DNA of 32,000 nt from an uncultured Erysipelotrichaceae bacterium (GTDB taxonomy: Bacteria; Bacillota_I; Bacilli_A; Erysipelotrichales; Erysipelotrichaceae). Position 1 is the first letter of the stretch. Each line of letters starts with the position of its first letter. Made by a program: the position numbers and the translations under genes. Shown here piece by piece: positions 1 through 7,583 of the stretch. The notes under the pieces were generated by a model. That model was given only the letters and a program-made list of their open reading frames with translations, was not told the origin of the DNA and did no database searches. The stretch lies in the NCBI GenBank assembly GCA_942493105.1, contig OW818668.1:1260001-1292000 (forward strand), read 5' to 3'.

Positions 1-1
1 T

Positions 2-127
2 AAAGCGTTAGAGATCATTACTTCCATCAGTAAAAAGGCAAAGAGCCAAACAAAGAATACGATCATCAATGTTTTAGGCAAGGAAAATGTTAAGAAAATC
101 AAGAAACTGATCAGAGACATCAGCTAA
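2..127 (+). CDS. 3' end of an upstream gene (last ~41 codons only; product not identifiable)
   Basis: Frame is open from the window edge (KALEIITSISKKAKSQ...KKLIRDIS) and ends at TAA 125-127. Same strand as the next gene. Confidence 0.3.
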   Translation, partial: KALEIITSISKKAKSQTKNTIINVLGKENVKKIKKLIRDIS

Positions 128-197
128 GTTTTGGTTACCATCTAGCGATCTTTAAAGCAACCAAAAAATAAGCAACGCTCATGCAGTCAGGTTAAAC

Positions 198-235
198 AAG
201 GTGGGGCCGTAGTTATTGGTTTCCACCTTTTCTTA
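198..235 (+). terminator. Possible weak intrinsic terminator
   Basis: AAGGTGG (198-204) pairs with CCACCTT (223-229) and is followed by TTTCTT. The loop is long, so this is weak. Confidence 0.3.
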
Positions 236-254
236 AAACAAGTAGGGGACACAC

Positions 255-1418
255 ATGAAAAAAATAGGCGTTATTACACTCAACAGTGACAATAATTACG
301 GAAACAGATTGCAAAATCTAGCGCTTTTAAGTGTCTTGAATAAACTTGGTTTTGAATCACAAACGGTGATCTTTAAAAAGAAACCCAGGCCTTCTTCATT
401 GAGTGCTAAACTAAAACGAGTTCTTAAACAATTTAAAGGGCAATCGCTTATCGATAATGTCCACATGATCTCTCGTAAAATTCAGCGCAGGATCCATAAA
501 AAGAAAACAGCCAGTCTTGAGCAAGAAAAAGTATTAAGAAGCAAAGCGTTCTGTTCAAATTATATTAAGTCGTTTATTGTCGATTATGAAGATCTTGAGA
601 AGGGCTACCCAACTTTAAACGACTTTGATTATTTTGTCTCCGGCAGCGATCAAGTTTGGAATCCGCATCTTTTAAACAAGGGCACAGGTGACTTAACACC
701 TTTCGAAATCAATTTCCTAAGCTTTGCCCCGCATTCTAAAAGAACGGCGTATTCTGCCAGTTTTGGGGTATCAGATATACCAGAGCAGTTTATCGAAAAG
801 TATAAAGCATATCTTAAAGGCATGCATTCAATCTCTGTAAGAGAAGACGAAGGAGCACAGATCATAAAGAAGCTCATCAATAAAGAAGTACCTGTATTAG
901 TAGACCCTACCTTACTTTTAAACCAAAATGAATGGAAAGAAATTTCATGTGCACCAAGTATGGACCTTTCTCAACATTATATCCTGACTTATTTTCTAGG
1001 AGGCATCTCAGAATCTAACGACAAAATGATCAAAGATTATGCTAAAAAACATAACTTTAAAATACACCGGCTTATCGATCCAAGTGATAAGTCCTTATAC
1101 ACTTTAAATCCAGGTGAATTCTTATACATAATCGATCATTGCGACATGATGTTGACGGATTCTTTTCATGGCTGTGTCTTTTCAATTCAGTTTGAAAAAC
1201 CTTTTATTGTCTTTGAACGAAGAAACGCTCAACATTCTATGGAATCCAGAATCAATACCTTGCTTAGTAAATTTGATCTAGAGAACAGGAAATGGTTATC
1301 TACAAGTCAAATGAGCGACTATGAAAAGATTGATTTCACAGGTGCTAAAAAGAATCTTGAGCTTGAGAAAAAGAAAGCCCATGACTATTTAGTCAATTCG
1401 CTTAAAACAAATTCTTAA
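255..1418 (+). CDS. Polysaccharide pyruvyl transferase family protein
   Basis: 387 aa. N-terminal MKKIGVITLNSDNNYGNRLQNLAL, SGSDQVWNP and C-terminal TDSFHGCVFSIQFEKPFIVF are typical of the PS_pyruv_trans (CsaB/WcaK-like) family. RBS AGGGGA lies upstream. Confidence 0.8.
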   Translation: MKKIGVITLNSDNNYGNRLQNLALLSVLNKLGFESQTVIFKKKPRPSSLSAKLKRVLKQFKGQSLIDNVHMISRKIQRRIHKKKTASLEQEKVLRSKAFCSNYIKSFIVDYEDLEKGYPTLNDFDYFVSGSDQVWNPHLLNKGTGDLTPFEINFLSFAPHSKRTAYSASFGVSDIPEQFIEKYKAYLKGMHSISVREDEGAQIIKKLINKEVPVLVDPTLLLNQNEWKEISCAPSMDLSQHYILTYFLGGISESNDKMIKDYAKKHNFKIHRLIDPSDKSLYTLNPGEFLYIIDHCDMMLTDSFHGCVFSIQFEKPFIVFERRNAQHSMESRINTLLSKFDLENRKWLSTSQMSDYEKIDFTGAKKNLELEKKKAHDYLVNSLKTNS

Positions 1419-1425
1419 TATAAAA

Positions 1426-1453
1426 GGAACTCATCGATGAGTTCCATTTTTTT
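1426..1453. terminator. Rho-independent terminator (perfect 20-bp palindrome plus T7), potentially bidirectional
   Basis: GGAACTCATC/GATGAGTTCC (1426-1445) is followed by TTTTTTT (1447-1453). An A-run on the 5' side gives a T-run on the minus strand. Confidence 0.85.
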
Positions 1454-1659
1454 AAGTACTTCATTATGTAGACCTTTATGATCGGGAAAGTGTATCGATC
1501 TTAAATCTTTAGTTTGTTTCACACGAAGGTTTTAACTTTATTAGAAGAAAATGCTAAGAACTTTAATTTACTGATGGACATAGATATCTGATTATACTGT
1601 GAGACCCTGGCATTATATTAATTGAACTTGTTTTGTGCTTAAGGCTTACTTACTCAAAT

Positions 1660-2325
1660 TTATGCCTTAATAGCATCCTTTAAGAGATCAATATTCTTTT
1701 TGAAGTTATTTTGATCATAGAATATACCAGCAGATCCTAAAACAAAACCCGTTGCACCACACTTCACAAGTTGAGCAATGTTTGAAGGCGAAATTGAACC
1801 ATCAACCATAATATCGATTTTTTTCTGATAGTTAGATAATATGTTATACAGACGTTGAGTCTTTTCGATTGAAGCATGAATAAATGCTTGACCAGCAAAA
1901 CCAGGATTAACAGACATGATCATGACCACATCTAGATCTTGAATTAATTCTTCAGCACATGAAATGGGGGTTGATGGATTTAAAACCAAGCCAACTCTTT
2001 TGCCCATACTTTTGATTTGATTGATCGTACGGTGCAAATGTGTACATGTCTCAGGATGGATCATTATTATTGATACTTTATCTAAATTGAAAAGATGAAG
2101 AATATTGCTAGGCTCATTAACCATTAAATGAATTTCCAAAGGAAGTGGACTAATTTTATTTAGTGCAATAATATCCATCAACCCCAAAGTAATATTAGGA
2201 ACATAGTTTCCATCCATAATATCAATATGAAATGAAGTGCTTCCAACTTTAGTTAGTTCATCTACTTGTTCTTGAAGATGTAAAATATCGATAAGCATCA
2301 AAGAAGGTGACCAATTTATTTGCAT
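1660..2325 (-). CDS. Ribulose-phosphate 3-epimerase family protein, AlsE-like (putative hexulose-6-phosphate 3-epimerase)
   Basis: 221 aa. SPSLMLIDIL...FHIDIMDGNYVPNITLG...VNPGFAGQAF...VDGSIS are the canonical Rpe/AlsE TIM-barrel motifs. The start overlaps the rpiB stop by 10 nt. Confidence 0.8.
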   Translation of the reverse strand: MQINWSPSLMLIDILHLQEQVDELTKVGSTSFHIDIMDGNYVPNITLGLMDIIALNKISPLPLEIHLMVNEPSNILHLFNLDKVSIIMIHPETCTHLHRTINQIKSMGKRVGLVLNPSTPISCAEELIQDLDVVMIMSVNPGFAGQAFIHASIEKTQRLYNILSNYQKKIDIMVDGSISPSNIAQLVKCGATGFVLGSAGIFYDQNNFKKNIDLLKDAIKA

Positions 2326-2765
2326 TGCTTTTTCTCAATTTCAGAGATTAACTGAACTCTCGATTCATGTCTTCCGCCTTCAAATGTGCTATCTAACCAA
2401 CTACATATAATCATCCTAGCCAATTCTTTACCTACAACTCTGGATCCTAAAGCTAAAATGTTCGTATTGTTGTGTTGTCTTGACAGCATCGCAGAATATG
2501 GCTCCGAACAAACGACAGCCCTAATGCCATTGACCTTATTGGCGGCAATAGATATTCCAACGCCTGTTCCACAGCATACTATTCCCAAGTCAGCACTTCC
2601 TTGAGTAACTGCATTAGCAACTTTTTCTCCAAAAACTGGATAATCGCACCTTAAAGTATCATAGGTTCCAAAATCTAGAATCTCAATACCGCGTTTATTC
2701 AACTCATCGATAACTGTTGATTTCAATTCAATCCCAACATGATCACATCCGATGGCGATTTTCAT
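2316..2765 (-). CDS. rpiB: Ribose-5-phosphate isomerase B / sugar-phosphate isomerase (RpiB/LacA/LacB family)
   Basis: 149 aa. MKIAIGCDHVG...GIVCCGTGVGISIAANKVNGIRAV...SRQHNNTNILALGSRV is the canonical RpiB signature, including the CGTG catalytic Cys. Confidence 0.85.
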   Translation of the reverse strand: MKIAIGCDHVGIELKSTVIDELNKRGIEILDFGTYDTLRCDYPVFGEKVANAVTQGSADLGIVCCGTGVGISIAANKVNGIRAVVCSEPYSAMLSRQHNNTNILALGSRVVGKELARMIICSWLDSTFEGGRHESRVQLISEIEKKQCK

Positions 2766-2888
2766 ATTTCCCCTTAAAATTTTTGCACACTGTATTACAG
2801 CTGATATTTGTCATATTTAGAAAAGTTTAGCTTGATTTCTAATTAGAGTTGTTTGATGATTGGTCAGCATTTTGTTGGTTCCAAATAT

Positions 2889-3605
2889 TTATCTAATTCT
2901 TACGTATTTGGCTTGGTATTTCTGAGAATTCAAGTATTGTTCGGTATACTCCATGACATCTCCATTTTTTAAGTATGTCAGTAAGTTGACTTTCATGATG
3001 GGGGTATACTTGTCGATCTTAAACACTTTCGCAAGTTCAATGGTTGGTAAGATGGGGATCACGGTATGTGTCGCTATATCGATCTTTAAGCCTTTGACGA
3101 CTTCCACATAATTATATTTGCTTTTCTCCAGATAACTGATACTGAGATCAGGGAACTTTCTGATTGACATGTAGGTTTTTTCATACTGAACGACTTCCTC
3201 ATCGCAGTAACAGGCTCTTTCAAAGTAATACACCATTTCTCGCTCATTGATGTTTAAGGCATGGGCAATTTGAGGTGTGGCTTCCTCTACAGTAAATACC
3301 TTGACTTCATAATGAGGGGTCTTGCCTTGAGCTCGCATTTCTTCTGAGAAGGACAGGGTTTCTATGGTCTTATGGGCTATTGAAGAAGGTCTTACGATCG
3401 ATCCTAAGCCTGCTGTACGCACCAAAAGGTTACGGGCAACTAAACCATCGGTTGCCTTTCTAATCGTTACTCTGGAGACCTTATAGATCTTGGTGAGCTC
3501 TAGTTCTGTGGGGATCATTTCATCTGGTTTATAGAAACCAGAGGTGATCTTATCGATCAAATCATTTTCGATGGATTTATACAAAGACATGTTTTTCTTA
3601 CTCAT
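2889..3605 (-). CDS. GntR family (HutC/UTRA subfamily) transcriptional regulator
   Basis: 238 aa. N-terminal winged HTH (LYKSIENDLIDKITSGFYKPDEMIPTELELTKIYKVSRVTIRKATDGLV) plus a C-terminal UTRA-like effector domain. Divergent from the PTS operon. Confidence 0.85.
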   Translation of the reverse strand: MSKKNMSLYKSIENDLIDKITSGFYKPDEMIPTELELTKIYKVSRVTIRKATDGLVARNLLVRTAGLGSIVRPSSIAHKTIETLSFSEEMRAQGKTPHYEVKVFTVEEATPQIAHALNINEREMVYYFERACYCDEEVVQYEKTYMSIRKFPDLSISYLEKSKYNYVEVVKGLKIDIATHTVIPILPTIELAKVFKIDKYTPIMKVNLLTYLKNGDVMEYTEQYLNSQKYQAKYVRIR

Positions 3606-3698
3606 AATGTTTACCCTATAAATGTATTATATATCATAACAATTAATACATCAAGTAAATATAATTAAATAATATATCATAATATATAACTAAATGTA

Positions 3699-3727
3699 TT
3701 TACAAATGCCCGAGATAATGCTAAACT
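3699..3727 (+). promoter_or_regulatory. Candidate sigma-A promoter of the PTS/sulfatase operon
   Basis: TTTACA (3699-3704), 17 nt, TAAACT (3722-3727), about 25 nt upstream of the IIA start. The -35 overlaps a repeated TAAATGTATT motif. Confidence 0.35.
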
Positions 3728-3752
3728 TTGGTCGAAATAACGGAGAACAACA

Positions 3753-4154
3753 ATGATCGGAGTCGCCATTTGTACGCATGCTGGTTTTGCGCAAGGACTA
3801 AAAGAAGCCTGTGAGATGATCTCAGGTGAACAAGAAAATTTTGTTGCTTTAGGATTTACATTCCATGATGAATTGATAGACTATAGTGAAAAATTAAAAT
3901 TTTTAACTAAGGACTTTGACGAAGGCTGTATCTATGTCTGCGACATGATCAACGCGAGTCCTTATAACGCTGCTTTGATGTGTATATATGAAACAAAAAA
4001 CTGGGTACTTAGCGGTGCCTGTTTACCGATGGTCATAGAAATACTGATTGCGCGTTCTTTAGAAGGCGCAACGGTAGAATCGATCGTCAATATGGTTAAA
4101 GGCTCATATCATGATTACTTGGGATTCACATCATCAGATGATGTTTTTAAGTAG
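3753..4154 (+). CDS. PTS mannose/fructose/sorbose family IIA component
   Basis: 133 aa. MIGVAICTHAGFAQGL places the phospho-His at the canonical N-terminal position of EIIA-Man. Confidence 0.8.
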   Translation: MIGVAICTHAGFAQGLKEACEMISGEQENFVALGFTFHDELIDYSEKLKFLTKDFDEGCIYVCDMINASPYNAALMCIYETKNWVLSGACLPMVIEILIARSLEGATVESIVNMVKGSYHDYLGFTSSDDVFK

Positions 4155-4171
4155 AAGAAAGGAGGAAAACA

Positions 4172-4663
4172 ATGCTGAAACTTGTTAGATGCGACGATCG
4201 TTTGATTCATGGACAATGTATGACCTACATTATCAATGAATATGCGATCAGGAATATTATTGTGGTCGATGAATTTACCGCCACCAATGCGATCATCAAA
4301 AAGATCTTTACGTCGGCGATACCGAAGTCGATCAGTGCTTCAGTTCATACCTTAGTAGACTCAACAGAAGCCATCCTAGCGGCTTTAAGCGATGACAGTT
4401 CAAGTTTGTTGTTGATGAAAAAACCACAGACCTATGTCTCGCTAAGAACCATGATTCCAAATTTGCCTGACAGTTTAAACATTGGTCCTCAAACCATTCG
4501 TAATGGCTGCAAGATTTGTACGCCATACGCTGCTTTGAATCAGGAAGAGGCCGATGCATGTACGACTTTAGAAAAGCAAGGGGTTAGAGTCTATTTCAAC
4601 TCCATCGGTAGTGGTTCAAAAACGGTAGAATGGAATAGTGTTGCCAAGCTGTTCAACACTTAA
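4172..4663 (+). CDS. PTS mannose/fructose/sorbose family IIB component
   Basis: 163 aa. LVRCDDRLIHGQ is the EIIB-Man active-site His motif. Strong RBS AAAGGAGG. Confidence 0.85.
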   Translation: MLKLVRCDDRLIHGQCMTYIINEYAIRNIIVVDEFTATNAIIKKIFTSAIPKSISASVHTLVDSTEAILAALSDDSSSLLLMKKPQTYVSLRTMIPNLPDSLNIGPQTIRNGCKICTPYAALNQEEADACTTLEKQGVRVYFNSIGSGSKTVEWNSVAKLFNT

Positions 4664-4715
4664 TGCTTAAAAGATTTGGATGATGTGATCTTAAATCTTG
4701 AAAGGAGAAAACAAG

Positions 4716-5468
4716 ATGGAGTTATGGCAAGCATTTCTAATTGCTCTATTAGGGTATTCAGCTGCTAACTGGTCCATTCCTTTAATGGGAAATATGGGCG
4801 GTTGGTGGACCATCGGGCGTCCTTTGGTCGCCGGATTATTGATTGGGCTTATTTTAGGGGATATTAAACAAGGGGTCATCTTAGGGGCCGCAATTCAAGC
4901 ATTGTATATCGGTTTGGTTACTGTTGGTGGAGTTATTCCAGCCGACATCAACTTTGCTGCTTATATTGGTATTCCGTTGGCGTTGATGTCCAATGCCTCC
5001 GTTGAAACCGCTCTTGCAATCGCTGTTCCACTAAGTATGTTAGGCGTATTGGTTTTCAATTTGACCCGTGTCGTGAATGTTTATTGGGTTCACTTACAGG
5101 AAAGATTGATCAATGACGGTAAATTGGATTTAGCAGCAGGGGTACCAATTTTCGGTAATCTGTTCCAGTTCATTTTCCGTTTCTTCCCAATTTTCTTTGC
5201 TTGTTTATTAGGCGTAGACGTTATGACGAAATTCATTGCTTCGATTCCTAAGGAATTATCAGCCATCATCACGATTTTCGGAGCTATGTTGCCGATCATT
5301 GGTTTTACCCTCATCTTAAAGATGATCGTCAAAAGCAATCTGCAATTTGTCTTCTACGTATTCGGTTTCGTTTTGTTTACCGTATTTAAAGTTGGAGTTA
5401 TTCCAATCGTTGTCGTTGCAGCTGTCTTTGCTTACCTTGACTACAAGTTTGGAGGTCAGACCACATGA
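4716..5468 (+). CDS. PTS mannose/fructose/sorbose family IIC component
   Basis: Polytopic membrane protein of the EIIC-Man type (MELWQAFLIALLGY...). I chose ATG 4716 because it follows RBS AAAGGAG. The track start 4698 is a TTG inside that RBS. Confidence 0.85.
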   Translation: MELWQAFLIALLGYSAANWSIPLMGNMGGWWTIGRPLVAGLLIGLILGDIKQGVILGAAIQALYIGLVTVGGVIPADINFAAYIGIPLALMSNASVETALAIAVPLSMLGVLVFNLTRVVNVYWVHLQERLINDGKLDLAAGVPIFGNLFQFIFRFFPIFFACLLGVDVMTKFIASIPKELSAIITIFGAMLPIIGFTLILKMIVKSNLQFVFYVFGFVLFTVFKVGVIPIVVVAAVFAYLDYKFGGQTT

Positions 5469-6295
5469 GTAACGCACCAGTCCGTTTATTAAATAAAAAA
5501 GATGTTCGTAAAGCTTGGTTAAACTGGATGTGGTTCTTCTTGTCGACCCAAAATATGGAACGTATGCAGGCTCCTGCCGTCATCCGTACCATGTGGACCG
5601 CAAAAGACAAATTGTATCCAAACAATAAAGAAGCTCAAAAAGAATTAATGCAGAGACATACCCCATTCTTCAATACTGAACCTGTTTGGGGCGGTATGAT
5701 CATTGGGATCACCTTGGGTATGGAAGAAGAAAGAGCCATGGGCGGAGACGTTCCAGATGAACTCATCAGCAGCATCAAAACTGCATTAATGGGTCCGTTT
5801 GCTGGTTTATTTGATTCCTTGTTCCAAGCGACTTTAGTTCCTATCCTGTTGTCTATTGGGATGGGGATGTCTGCTGAATCCGGCTCTGTTGCTGGACCAT
5901 TATTCTATGTCGTGTCATTCTGGGCGATCGTTCCGACCATTTCTTGGTTCTTGTTCTATAACGGATACAAGGCTGGGATCTCCGGAGCTCAAATCATCCT
6001 TGAAAGCAATATTAAAGAACGCGTCATCAGTGCTGCCAACATCATCGGTTTGGTCGTCATCGGTGCCGTTACCGCATCCATCGCCAACATCAATACCGGT
6101 TTGAAGTTCAAATATCAGACCTTGGTCGTTGATTTGAATGCCATTTTAACTGGGATCCAGCCTAAGATCTTGGTCTTGCTAATGGTCTTCTTGACTTATT
6201 ACCTGATGGTCAAGAGAAAAGTAACCATCAACCAGATTTTCTTACTGTATTTCTTATTGGCAGTCGTTGGTTATTTCACAAAAATCTTAGCTTAA
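5465..6295 (+). CDS. PTS mannose/fructose/sorbose family IID component
   Basis: 276 aa. LNKKDVRKAWLNWMWFFLSTQNMERMQAPAVIRTM is typical of EIID-AGA/Man. ATGA overlap with the IIC stop. Confidence 0.85.
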   Translation: MSNAPVRLLNKKDVRKAWLNWMWFFLSTQNMERMQAPAVIRTMWTAKDKLYPNNKEAQKELMQRHTPFFNTEPVWGGMIIGITLGMEEERAMGGDVPDELISSIKTALMGPFAGLFDSLFQATLVPILLSIGMGMSAESGSVAGPLFYVVSFWAIVPTISWFLFYNGYKAGISGAQIILESNIKERVISAANIIGLVVIGAVTASIANINTGLKFKYQTLVVDLNAILTGIQPKILVLLMVFLTYYLMVKRKVTINQIFLLYFLLAVVGYFTKILA

Positions 6296-6305
6296 TTGAT
6301 TTATG

Positions 6306-6335
6306 AGGTATGCCTAGCTTGCTCTAGGCATACCT
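6306..6335 (+). other. Perfect 12-bp stem / 6-nt loop hairpin between the PTS IID gene and the downstream enzyme genes
   Basis: AGGTATGCCTAG (6306-6317), cttgct, CTAGGCATACCT (6324-6335), followed only by TTCTC (no real T-run). RBS AAGGAG and ATG 6353 follow. Confidence 0.6.
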
Positions 6336-6352
6336 TTCTCACAAGGAGACTT

Positions 6353-6844
6353 ATGATCCTTACGTATCAATGTAACATCGATGATATCATCGATTATCAT
6401 TTATATTTGGCTGTTCATGATTCCTCGATGCAGAAGCGTTTGCTGCTGTTTATCGCGGGGTTTTGGGCGACCATTGCTTTAGTTATCGTCGTTTACTTTC
6501 GCACGACACAGGCTTTGCTGATCGGTTTGATCGTGGCTGTGCTTTATGCTTTGATCTTACCTAAAGTCTATTGGGCCATCGTCTTAAAACGCATTACGTT
6601 TATAACAAAAAAAGTATCGGTCCAATATCCACAGGTAACACTCACTTTATCTCGAAACATCATTCTAAGCGAAAACAATAAAACGACCACCATCTCTTTT
6701 ACTGATCTGACTCATATTGGTTGGACCAAAAATAGTTGTTTCTTATTTTATATCGTAGATGAACATAAGCAAGTCGCCATCATTCCTTTAAGGGCTGTAT
6801 CTGATCTTGAAGGGTTTGCGGCTTATTTATCACAAGGAGCCTAA
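6353..6844 (+). CDS. YcxB-like small membrane protein (function unknown)
   Basis: Two central TM helices (LLLFIAGFWATIALVIVVYF / ALLIGLIVAVLYALIL) and a C-terminal ...CFLFYIVDEHKQVAIIPLRAV pattern typical of YcxB-like proteins. Start moved to ATG 6353 (RBS AAGGAG). The track start 6296 reads through the hairpin. Confidence 0.5.
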   Translation: MILTYQCNIDDIIDYHLYLAVHDSSMQKRLLLFIAGFWATIALVIVVYFRTTQALLIGLIVAVLYALILPKVYWAIVLKRITFITKKVSVQYPQVTLTLSRNIILSENNKTTTISFTDLTHIGWTKNSCFLFYIVDEHKQVAIIPLRAVSDLEGFAAYLSQGA

Positions 6845-6846
6845 CT

Positions 6847-7568
6847 ATGAAAACAAAAGCTGAAATTTTAGCTTCTCTACAAGGCGGTTTAATCGCTTCC
6901 TGTCAGGTCAAAAAAGATGACCCACAATATATAGAAGGATTGATTCCGGCCTTAGCCAAAGGGGCGATATGGGGCGGAGCTGTTGGATTAAGGATCGATC
7001 AGCCTGAAACATCAAAGCGGTCAGAGCTGTTACGGATTTGCCTATTATTGGTTTATGGAAAATACATCGCAAAGATACAGAAGTCTTTATGACGCCCAAT
7101 ATGGATGCGGTGAGACAAGTCATTGAAGCCGGAGCCGATATCGTTGCGATCGATGGGACTCAAAGAATGATCGATGGGGAAGCTGCTTTTGAGATCATTC
7201 CTAAAATCAAAAAAGCCTATCCTAATGTCTTGATTTTTGCGGATGTTAGAGATGATGATGATGCGGTCGCAGCTTTAGAAAAAGGTGCTGATATCGTAGC
7301 CCCGACTTTCTATCGTTTTTCGCCCAATGCGAAATCATCCGATCTACCAGACTGGGAAATGTTTTCCAGGATGTGTGATCGCTGTAAAGGCAAAGGTGCC
7401 GTGTTTATGGAAGGCAAACTTTGGACCCCGGACGATTGTATCCGCGCTTTACATTATGGAGCCCATGCGGTCGTTGTTGGGACAGTGTTGACTCGTTCAC
7501 ACATTACCACCCAAAGATTTGTTGATCACATTAAAGGTTTCAAAGAAAAAAGAAGTCTTTTCTATTAA
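6847..7568 (+). pseudogene. nanE: N-acetylmannosamine-6-phosphate 2-epimerase (NanE), frame disrupted by an apparent 1-nt deletion in an A-run at 7007-7009
   Basis: Track ORFs 6847-7092 and 7038-7568 are the two halves of one NanE. LQGGLIASCQVKKDDP...GGAVGLRIDQPE continues in the +1 frame as NIKAVRAVTDLPIIGLWK...IVAIDGT...VVVGTVLTR. Reading CCTGAAAACATC instead of CCTGAAACATC restores a ~240-aa NanE. Confidence 0.85.
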
Positions 7569-7583
7569 AGAAAGGGGATACTC

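Noticed and set aside
1454-1659. A 206-bp non-coding gap downstream of the alsE-like gene as a possible ncRNA or riboswitch.
   Set aside because: It has no recognisable conserved riboswitch core, T-box specifier/antiterminator or tRNA cloverleaf. It is most simply a 3' UTR running to the bidirectional terminator at 1426-1453.
7038-7568. Treating 6847-7092 and 7038-7568 as two independent small genes.
   Set aside because: Together they form one colinear NanE once a single A is restored at 7007-7009. The second ORF's 'start' is only a TTG within conserved NanE sequence.
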